This document shows positions 26,094 through 38,000 of a stretch of DNA of 64,000 bases, piece after piece. Source of the DNA: Bugula neritina (lineage: Eukaryota > Animalia > Bryozoa). The notes beneath the pieces were generated by a model. That model saw only the letters and a list, made by a program, of their open reading frames with translations. It did not search any database and had not been told where the DNA came from. Where the stretch lies: the NCBI GenBank assembly GCA_964035545.1, contig OZ037770.1, positions 1,488,001 through 1,552,000 of the forward strand, written 5' to 3'. Both the position numbers and the translations under genes were made by a program. Every line of letters starts with the position of its first letter. Position 1 is the first letter of the stretch.

Positions 26094-29000
26094 TCATAGG
26101 TGCAATTACATGGACAGCACTCTAAAACACTCAGCACAGCAGATAAAGAGTTTTCTTATAGATTGACAAAAGGGGAGTGATGTACACTATAAGTATTAAG
26201 TAAAGGTAAATATAGATTATACTACTTTCAACTTATAGGATTTCTTCACATCCTATTGAAAACATATAGAGAAGTAGTGCTCTCACCTGGCTGATATCCG
26301 GACTTTTTTCAGTCCTGGTAGTGTCTCCCCAACTAGGTTCAAATACCTAAAGGAATCTTTAAAATTATTAAATGAGCAAAAGTTTTTTTGTGATGAGCTA
26401 GCAAAATATGTAGGTTATCCTTAGCGTTGTCCACTATATATAAGTTAAAATTATTATGTAAACTTAGATAAAGATTATGCCAAAACTTTTGACCAGTAAT
26501 TTTATAACATCTTGAAAATTTATAGACATGATGCTCCCACCTTGCTCTTGTGACTCTCTGACATTCTAGAATTTGATAGGTCGCTTTTTATTGAAGCAAA
26601 AACAGTTTCCTAAAAGTAAATTTAATAATCTCAGAATTCTGCGGATAGTGCTTTTCACAATTTGCAGAAACGATGTATTTTGAAAGTCTGTTAAAGTGAT
26701 TTTTGTCAATATTTTTGGCATCTTTTCAGTTGATTTACAAATTTTATGAACAATATTTTAAATCCGACAGAAGGAATCTCACAATTGCATAAAATGTCGA
26801 AAGACAAAGTAAGTCACGTTCTCAAATTATGGAGTTTTTTATTTTTCTTGCAATCCAATTTCTAATTAATTAACAGCATGTTGAAACATCGAGCTCTATT
26901 GACATTTTCATCCACACGTGATTGCCCCCGTCTCAAAATTCTCTGGCAATCTTATGCTATGGAAATTTAAAGCTCCATCAAACTATATCATAGGTGCAAT
27001 TACATGGACAGCACTCTAAAACACTCAGCACAGCAGATAAAGAGTTTTCTTATCGATTGACAAAAGGGGAGTGATGTACACTATAAGTATTAAGTAAAGG
27101 TAAATATAGATTATACTACTTTCAACTTATAGGACTTCTTCACATCCTATTGAAAACATATAGAGAAGTAGTGCTCTCACCTTCCTGATATCCGGAATTT
27201 TTTCAGTTCTGCTAGTGTCTACCCAACTAGGTTCAGATACCTAAAAGAATCTTTAAAATTATTAAATGAGCAGAAATTTTTTGTGATGAGCTAGCAAAAT
27301 ATGTAGGTTATCCTTAGCGTTGTCCACTATATATAAGTTATAATTATTATGTAAACTTAGATAAAGATTATGCTAAAACTTTTGACCAGTAATTTTATAA
27401 CATCTTGAAAATTTATAGACATGATGCTCCCACCTTGCTCTTGTGACTCTCTGACATTCTAGAATTTGATAGGTCGCTTTTTATTGAAGCAAAAACAGTT
27501 TCCTAAAAGTAAATTTAATAATCTCAGAATTCTGCCGATAGTGCTTTTCACAATTTGCAGAAACGATGTATTTTGAAAGTCTGTTAAAGTGATTTTTGTC
27601 AATATTTTTGGCATCTTTTCAGTTGATTTACAAATTTTATGAACAATATTTTAAATCCGACAGAAGGAATCTCACAATTGCATAAAATGTCGAAAGACAA
27701 AGTAAGTCACGTTCTCAAATTATGAAGTTTTTTAATTTTCTTGCAATCCAATTTCTTATTAATTAACAGCATGTTGAAACATCGAGCTCCATTGACATTT
27801 TTATCCACACGTGATTGCCCCCGTCTCAAAATTCACTGGCAATCTTATGCTATGGAAATTTAAAGCTCCATCAAACTATATCATAGGTGCAATTACATGG
27901 ACAGCACTCTAAAACACTCAGCACAGCAGATAATGAGTTTTCTTATCGATTGACAAAAGGGGAGTGATGTACACTATAAGTATTAAGTAAAGGTAAATAT
28001 AGATTATACTACTTTCAACTTATAGGATTTCTTCACATCCTATTGAAAACATATAGAGAAGTAGTGCTCTCACCTTCCTGATATCCGGAATTTTTTCAGT
28101 TCTGCTAGTGTCTCCCCGACTAGGTTCAGATACCTAAAAGAATCTTTAAAATTATTAAATAAGCAGAAATTTTTTGTGATGAGCTAGCAAAATATGTAGG
28201 TTATCCTTAGCGTTGTCCACTATATATAAGTTATAATTATTATGTAAACTTAGATAAAGATTATGCTAAAACTTTTGACCAGTAATTTTATAACATCTTG
28301 AAAATTTATAGACATGATGCTCCCACCTTGCTCTTGTGACTCTCTGACATTCTAGAATTTGATAGGTCGCTTTTTATTGAAGCAAAAACAGTTTCCTAAA
28401 AGTAAATTTAATAATCTCAGAATTCTGCCGATAGTGCTTTTCACAATTTGCAGAAACGATGTATTTTGAAAGTCTGTTAAAGTGATTTTTGTCAATATTT
28501 TTGGCATCTTTTCAGTTGATTTACAAATTTTATGAACAATATTTTAAATCCGACAGAAGGAATCTCACAATTGCATAAAATGTCGAAAGACAAAGTAAGT
28601 CACGTTCTCAAATTATGAAGTTATTTAATTTTTTTGCAATCCAATTTCTTATTAATTAACAGCATGTTGAAACATCGAGCTCCATTGACATTTTTATCCA
28701 CACGTGATTGCCCCCGTCTCAAAATTCACTGGCAATCTTATGCTATGGAAATTTAAAGCTCCATCAAACTATATCATAGGTGCAATTACATGGACAGCAC
28801 TCTAAAACACTCAGCACAGCAGATAAAGAGTTTTCTTATAGATTGACAAAAGGGGAGTGATGTACACTATAAGTATTAAGTAAAGGTAAATATAGATTAT
28901 ACTACTTTCAACTTATAGGATTTCTTCACATCCTATTGAAAACATATAGAGAAGTAGTGCTCTCACCTTCCTGATATCCGGAATTTTTTCAGTTCTGGTA

Positions 29001-32000
29001 GTGTCTCCCCAACTAGGTTCAAATACCTAAAGGAATCTTTAAAATTATTAAATGAGCAAAAGTTTTTTTGTGATGAGCTAGCAAAATATGTAGGTTATCC
29101 TTAGCGTTGTCCACTATATATAAGTTATAATTATTATGTAAACTTAGATAAAGATTATGCCAAAACTTTTGACCAGTAATTTTATAACATCTTGAAAATT
29201 TATAGACATGATGCTCCCACCTTGCTCTTGTGACTCTCTGACATTCTAGAATTTGATAGGTCGCTTTTTATTGAAGCAAAAACAGTTTCCTAAAAGTAAA
29301 TTTAATAATCTCAGAATTCTGCGGATAGTGCTTTTCACAATTTGCAGAAACGATGTATTTTGAAAGTCTGTTAAAGTGATTTTTGTCAATATTTTTGGCA
29401 TCTTTTCAGTTGATTTACAAATTTTATGAACAATATTTTAAATCCGACAGAAGGAATCTCACAATTGCATAAAATGTCGAAAGACAAAGTAAGTCACGTT
29501 CTCAAATTATGGAGTTTTTTATTTTTCTTGCAATCCAATTTCTTATTAATTAACAGCATGTTGAAACATCGAGCTCTATTGACATTTTCATCCACACGTG
29601 ATTGCCCCCGTCTCAAAATTCTCTGGCAATCTTATGCTATGGAAATTTAAAGCTCCATCAAACTATATCATAGGTGCAATTACATGGACAGCACTCTAAA
29701 ACACTCAGCACAGCAGATAAAGAGTTTTCTTATCGATTGACAAAAGGGGAGTGATGTACACTATAAGTATTAAGTAAAGGTAAATATAGATTATACTACT
29801 TTCAACTTATAGGATTTCTTCACATCCTATTGAAAACATATAGAGAAGTAGTGCTCTCACCTTCCTGATATCCGGAATTTTTTCAGTTCTGCTAGTGTCT
29901 ACCCAACTAGGTTCAGATACCTAAAAGAATCTTTAAAATTATTAAATGAGCAGAAATTTTTTGTGATGAGCTAGCAAAATATGTAAGTTATCCTTAGCGT
30001 TGTCCACTATATATAAGTTATAATTATTATGTAAACTTAGATAAAGATTATGCTAAAACTTTTGACCAGTAATTTTATAACATCTTGAAAATTTATAGAC
30101 ATGATGCTCCCACCTTGCTCTTGTGACTCTCTGACATTCTAGAATTTGATAGGTCGCTTTTTATTGAAGCAAAAACAGTTTCCTAAAAGTAAATTTAATA
30201 ATCTCAGAATTCTGCCAATAGTGCTTTTCACAATTTGCAGAAACGATGTATTTTGAAAGTCTGTTAAAGTGATTTTTGTCAATATTTTTGGCATCTTTTC
30301 AGTTGATTTACAAATTTTATGAACAATATTTTAAATCCGACAGAAGGAATCTCACAATTGCATAAAATGTCGAAAGACAAAGTAAGTCACGTTCTCAAAT
30401 TATGAAGTTTTTTAATTTTCTTGCAATCCAATTTCTTATTAATTAACAGCATGTTGAAACATCGAGCTCCATTGACATTTTTATCCACACGTGATTGCCC
30501 CCGTCTCAAAATTCACTGGCAATCTTATGCTATGGAAATTTAAAGCTTCATCAAACTATATCATAGGTGCAATTACATGGACAGCACTCTAAAACACTCA
30601 GCACAGCAGATAAAGAGTTTTCTTATCGATTGACAAAAGGGGAGTGATGTACACTATAAGTATTAAGTAAAGGTAAATATAGATTATACTACTTTCAACT
30701 TATAGGATTTCTTCACATCCTATTGAAAACATATAGAGAAGTAGTGCTCTCACCTGGCTGATATCCGGACTTTTTTCAGTTCTGCTAGTGTCTCCCCAAC
30801 TAGGTTCAGATACCTAAAGGAATCTTTAAAATTATTAAATGAGCAAAAATTTTTTGTGATGAGCTAGCAAAATATGTAGGTTATCCTTAGCGTTGTCCAC
30901 TATATATAAGTTATAATTATTATGTAAACTTAGATAAAGATTATGCCAAAACTTTTGACCAGTAATTTTATAACATCTTGAAAATTTATAGACATGATGC
31001 TCCCACCTTGCTCTTGTGACTCTCTGACATTCTCGAATTTGATAGGTCGCTTTTTATTGAAGCAAAAACAGTTTCCTAAAAGTAAATTTAATAATCTCAG
31101 AATTCTGCGCATAGTGCTTTTCACAATTTGCAGAAACGATGTATTTTGAAAGTCTGTTAAAGTGATTTTTGTCAATATTTTTGGCATCTTTTCAGTTGAT
31201 TTACAAATTTTATGAACAATATTTTAAATCCGACAGAAGGAATCTCACAATTGCATAAAATGTCGAAAGACAAAGTAAGTCACGTTCTCAAATTATGAAG
31301 TTTTTTAATTTTCTTGCAATCCAATTTCTTATTAATTAACAGCATGTTGAAACATCGAGCTCCATTGACATTTTTATCCACACGTGATTGCCCCCGTCTC
31401 AAAATTCTCTGGCAATCTTATGCTATGGAAATTTAAAGCTCCATCAAACTATATCATAGGTGCAATTACATGGACAGCACTCTAAAACACTCAGCACAGC
31501 AGATAATGAGTTTTCTTATCGATTGACAAAAGGGGAGTGATGTACACTATAAGTATTAAGTAAAGGTAAATATAGATTATACTACTTTCAACTTATAGGA
31601 TTTCTTCACATCCTATTGAAAACATATAGAGGAGTAGTGCTCTCACCTGGCTGATATCCGGACTTTTTTCAGTTCTGCTAGTGTCTCCCCAACTAGGTTC
31701 AGATACCTAAAAGAATCTTTAAAATTATTAAATGAGCAGAAATTTTTTGTGATGAGCTAGCAAAATATGTAGGTTATCCTTAGCGTTGTCCACTATATAT
31801 AAGTTATAATTATTATGTAAACTTAGATAAAGACTATGCTATAACTTTTGACCAGTAATTTTATAACATCTTGAAAATTTATAGACATGATGCTCCCACC
31901 TTGCTCTTGTGACTCTCTGACATTCTAGAATTTGATAGGTCGCTTTTTATTGAAGCAAAAACAGTTTCCTAAAAGTAAATTTAATAATCTCAGAATTCTG

Positions 32001-35000
32001 CCAATAGTGCTTTTCACAATTTGCAGAAACGATGTATTTTGAAAGTCTGTTAAAGTGATTTTTGTCAATATTTTTGGCATCTTTTCAGTTGATTTACAAA
32101 TTTTATGAACAATATTTTAAATCCGACAGAAGGAATCTCACAATTGCATAAAATGTCGAAAGACAAAGTAAGTCACGTTCTCAAATTATGAAGTTTTTTA
32201 ATTTTCTTGCAATCCAATTTCTTATTAATTAACAGCATGTTGAAACATCGAGCTCCATTGACATTTTTATCCACACGTGATTGCCCCCGTCTCAAAATTC
32301 ACTGGCAATCTTATGCTATGGAAATTTAAAGCTCCATCAAACTATATCATAGGTGCAATTACATGGACAGCACTCTAAAACACTCAGCACAGCAGATAAA
32401 GAGTTTTCTTATCGATTGACAAAAGGGGAGTGATGTACACTATAAGTATTAAGTAAAGGTAAATATAGATTATACTACTTTCAACTTATAGGATTTCTTC
32501 ACATCCTATTGAAAACATATAGAGAAGTAGTGCTCTCACCTGGCTGATATCCGGACTTTTTTCAGTTCTGCTAGTGTCTCCCCAACTAGGTTCAGATACC
32601 TAAAGGAATCTTTAAAATTATTAAATGAGCAAAAATTTTTTGTGATGAGCTAGCAAAATATGTAGGTTATCCTTAGCGTTGTCCACTATATATAAGTTAT
32701 AATTATTATGTAAACTTAGATAAAGATTATGCCAAAACTTTTGACCAGTAATTTTATAACATCTTGAAAATTTATAGACATGATGCTCCCACCTTGCTCT
32801 TGTGACTCTCTGACATTCTCGAATTTGATAGGTCGCTTTTTATTGAAGCAAAAACAGTTTCCTAAAAGTAAATTTAATAATCTCAGAATTCTGCGCATAG
32901 TGCTTTTCACAATTTGCAGAAACGATGTATTTTGAAAGTCTGTTAAAGTGATTTTTGTCAATATTTTTGGCATCTTTTCAGTTGAATTACAAATTTTATG
33001 AACAATATTTTAAATCCGACAGAAGGAATCTCACAATTGCATAAAATGTCGAAAGACAAAGTAAGTCACGTTCTCAAATTATGAAGTTTTTTAATTTTCT
33101 TGCAATCCAATTTCTTATTAATTAACAGCATGTTGAAACATCGAGCTCCATTGACATTTTTATCCACACGTGATTGCCCCCGTCTCAAAATTCTCTGGCA
33201 ATCTTATGCTATGGAAATTTAAAGCTCCATCAAACTATATCATAGGTGCAATTACATGGACAGCACTCTAAAACACTCAGCACAGCAGATAATGAGTTTT
33301 CTTATCGATTGACAAAAGGGGAGTGATGTACACTATAAGTATTAAGTAAAGGTAAATATAGATTATACTACTTTCAACTTATAGGATTTCTTCACATCCT
33401 ATTGAAAACATATAGAGGAGTAGTGCTCTCACCTGGCTGATATCCGGACTTTTTTCAGTTCTGCTAGTGTCTCCCCAACTAGGTTCAGATACCTAAAAGA
33501 ATCTTTAAAATTATTAAATGAGCAGAAATTTTTTGTGATGAGCTAGCAAAATATGTAGGTTATCCTTAGCGTTGTCCACTATATATAAGTTATAATTATT
33601 ATGTAAACTTAGATAAAGATTATGCTAAAACTTTTGACCAGTAATTTTATAACATCTTGAAAATTTATAGACATGATGCTCCCACCTTGCTCTTGTGACT
33701 CTCTGACATTCTAGAATTTGATAGGTCGCTTTTTATTGAAGCAAAAACAGTTTCCTAAAAGTAAATTTAATAATCTCAGAATTCTGCGCATAGTGCTTTT
33801 CACAATTTGCAGAAACGATGTATTTTGAAAGTCTGTTAAAGTGATTTTTGTCAATATTTTTGGCATCTTTTCAGTTGAATTACAAATTTTATGAACAATA
33901 TTTTAAATCCGACAGAAGGAATCTCACAATTGCATAAAATGTCGAAAGACAAAGTAAGTCACGTTCTCAAATTATGAAGTTTTTTAATTTTCTTGCAATC
34001 CAATTTCTTATTAATTAACAGCATGTTGAAACATCGAGCTCCATTGACATTTTTATCCACACGTGATTGCCCCCGTCTCAAAATTCTCTGGCAATCTTAT
34101 GCTATGGAAATTTAAAGCTCCATCAAACTATATCATAGGTGCAATTACATGGACAGCACTCTAAAACACTCAGCACAGCAGATAATGAGTTTTCTTATCG
34201 ATTGACAAAAGGGGAGTGATGTACACTATAAGTATTAAGTAAAGGTAAATATAGATTATACTACTTTCAACTTATAGGATTTCTTCACATCCTATTGAAA
34301 ACATATAGAGAAGTAGTGCTCTCACCTTCCTGATATCCGGAATTTTTTCAGTCCTGGTAGTGTCTCCCCGACTAGGTTCAGATACCTAAAAGAATCTTTA
34401 AAATTATTAAATGAGCAGAAATTTTTTGTGATGAGCTAGCAAAATATGTAGGTTATCCTTAGCGTTGTCCACTATATATAAGTTATAATTATTATGTAAA
34501 CTTAGATAAAGATTATGCTAAAACTTTTGACCAGTAATTTTATAACATCTTGAAAATTTATAGACATGATGCTCCCACCTTGCTCTTGTGACTCTCTGAC
34601 ATTCTAGAATTTGATAGGTCGCTTTTTATTGAAGCAAAAACAGTTTCCTAAAAGTAAATTTAATAATCTCAGAATTCTGCCGATAGTGCTTTTCACAATT
34701 TGCAGAAACGACGTATTTTGAAAGTCTGTTAAAGTGATTTTTGTCAATATTTTTGGCATCTTTTCAGTTTATTTACAAATTTTATGAACAATATTTTAAA
34801 TCAGACAGAAAGAATCTCACAAATGCATAAAATGTCGAAAGACAAAGTAAGTCACGTTCTCAAATTATGGAGTTTTTTAATTTTCTTGCAAACCAATTTC
34901 TTATTAATTTACAGCATGTTGAAACATCGAGCCCCATTAACATTTTTATCCACACGTGATTGCTCCTGTCTCAAAATTCACTGGCAATCTTATGCTATGG

Positions 35001-35025
35001 AAATTTAAAGCTCCATCAAACTATA
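26094..35025. repeat. Tandem array of ten 893/894-bp units, followed by diverged partial units to ~36010
   Basis: tcataggtgcaatt recurs at 26094, 26988, 27881, 28774, 29668, 30561, 31454, 32347, 33240, 34133 and ~35025. Confidence 0.99.
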
Positions 35026-38000
35026 TAGGTGCAATTACATGGACAGCACTCTAAAACACTCAGCACAGCAGATAAAGAGTTTTCTTATAGATTGACAAAA
35101 GGGGAGTGATGTACACTACAAGTATTAGGTAAAGGTAAATATAGATTATACTACTTTCAACTTATAGGATTTCTATATATCATATTGAAAACATATTTAT
35201 TTAGAAGTACTCACCATCCCGATCTCCTTACACGTTTCAATTTTGTGAGTGTTTCCCAAAATAGGTTTGGACACCTAAAAAAAATTCTTTGAAATTATTG
35301 AATGAGTAGAAATGTTTTGTGATGAGTTAGCAAAATATGTAGATTATTTTTAGAGTTGTCCACTATATATAAGTTATATATATTATGTAAGCTCCGATAA
35401 AGATCATGATATAAATTTTGACCATGCAGTATTTTTATATCATCATGAAAATTTATTGAATTGATGCTCCTACCTCGCTCTTGTGAAATGATGAAATTCC
35501 ACTGAAACTCATTGAACCAATGTCAGGTACCTAAAATAGACTTTTCTTATAGATTGACAAAAGGGGAGTGATGTACATTATAAGTATATTAGGTAAAAAG
35601 ATAAATATAGACTATACTACTTTCAACATATATGATTTCTTTATATCATATTGAAAATATATAGAGGAGTAGTGCTCTCACATTTTTGATCTCTGGACAG
35701 GTTGCAATCCCGCTAGTGTCTCCCAAAATAGATTTAGATGCCTAAAAAAAATTCTTCAAAATTACCTAATGAGTAGAAATTTATTTGTGATGAGCTAGCA
35801 AAATATGTAGATTATCCTTAGCGTTGTCCACTATATATAAGTTATAATTATTATGTAAACTTAGATAAAGACTATGCTATAACTTTTGACCAGTATTTTT
35901 ATAACATCTTGAAAATTTATAGACATGATGCTCTCACCTTGCTCTCGTGACTCTCTGACATTCTAGAAGATGATTGGCAGTGTTCCATTGGATTAAAGCT
36001 AGCTCCCTACAATAATTTTTTGTACTAAATTTGTAATAATATCATAAATAATATCATACCTAAATCAGCGGATATTTAAAAGTTGAAAAAGTTGTATTCA
36101 TAAGTCTTCAAAAGTTGTCTTTTTCTGTTTTTGGCATTTTTTTAACTGATTTGCATATTCTCTGGACAACACTCTAGTAATGCATGTGAGAAATGCAGAG
36201 ATAGAATTGAAATATAAATTAGGTCATGTCTTCCAGTGAAATTCAAATTTTCTCGAAAACTCGTTGTTTTTTCAGTTTGCAGCATGTTGAAAAATATAAG
36301 CCCTTATTGAAATTTCTGCACACACGCATACAAGCGCTTGACCCAGCTTTGGATGGCTACATTATTATACTGTTTTTGAGTGTTTGGGAGTCAAGCTTCT
36401 CTTGGTTACATTACATTATGTACATTGCAAGCACAACTGCTAGAAACATGTAATATCTGAGGTTTGGGAAAATTGATTGTATTAACAGCTATAGATCTTA
36501 CTATACCCAAGCTACTAATAGTTCTATAATATTTGATATAATTGCTAATCTTGTCTGCCAATTCTCCTATTTACAGCATTTAATCTTGTATTAAAGAATT
36601 ATAAGATTAATTTATCAGCAAATTTTTTTTATACCAGTTTAATGCTATTCAATAAAAAAACATCACGTATTAAAATCATATTTGATTTTCGGTATTCGTA
36701 GTACGATTAAGTCTACAATTTTCAAAGTGTATATATACTGATTACGGCTCTTAACTCCCTATCATTACATGTACTGCATAATATTTGCTTGCAAACAATT
36801 AACCATTTATGTCAGACTATATACATGCGTTCATCAAAAATCTTGGTTTACTATCTGCTTTCTTATGCATAATATATAGTAGTATAAATGTTTTGTCATG
36901 CCTTTTTATGTCACACTTTGAAAATTTTTATGCAATGTTGTAGCTGCATCAGAACATACAACTGAAACAAGTTTTACCAATAATACCAGCTTTTGAAGAA
37001 TCTCCATATTATTGTTGGTAAACTTGATTGATTTTCTGGCAACTGCCTATCTGGTTTTTTCATAAAATAATTATTGTAGTACTAAATAAAAAGTATGTCT
37101 ATCATCCTATACTATTATTTTAGAGGTATAGAGAACTTTAGGGCAATCAGTAGTAATATATAGTCATCGTATTGAATAATCGCATGCAACCACAGATATG
37201 TTAAATTTGTACTCTTTGGAATATTGGTTAAATTTATTTTCTACTGAAAAACCATTTCCAGCAAATGACTAAAACAATTACTGCTAGCAAAAAATAAATT
37301 TTAGTTTAGAAAGCATATATATATTATCTTAGCAAATAAATTATATCACATCTACAAAATATTGTTATTACTGGAATTTATATATATAATTGTCTTTTCT
37401 ATAATTATACAATTTATTGATGGAATATTGCACTTTCGTTGTTCTCTTCAAACAGTTGCTTTTCAAAAATGTACCCTTTACGATCGAAGAAACTATAAGT
37501 GCATATGCAACTGAAAAAAACTTTCACATTTTCAACCCGGCAGAAATTATGTTTGATTGAAATTGTTGTACAGTATCACTACTATGTAAGATTGAATAAG
37601 TATTTTACTACTTTCAACTTATAATATTAAAACATATAGAAATAATTTTTTCACTTTGCTTCGTTGATATTTTTGTATTCTAAAAAACTTCTTCAAACCT
37701 AGTGCAGGTATCTCCAAAATTGAAATTAATAATGAAATTTAAAACTATCGAATTAGCAGAAACTACTTTCGAGAAGTTGACAACAAAGTGCAAGTTCTAC
37801 CTATTATTGTACATTATAAGTATTATGCATAGTTATTGGTGAAGGGCATGCTACTTTACATTAGTATTTCATTTTATTATATTGAAAGTGGTTAGACATA
37901 GTGATCCGGCACATCATGACATGCTTGCATTTATTGAATTGATCTCTCATCTCCAGTCAAAATAGATTTATGTGCCTAAAGTAACCTTTAACTTGTTGCA

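Noticed and set aside
26287-26346. LRR-like reading YLNLVGETLPGLKKVRIS of the 60-nt exon
   Set aside because: That frame has TAG in units 2 and 5 and is incompatible with the 69-nt exon.
26094-35025. CRISPR array, rDNA/5S or histone repeat; ORFs 29426, 30930, 32716, 34784
   Set aside because: No spacers or recognisable RNA/histone genes; the ORFs are broken in most units.
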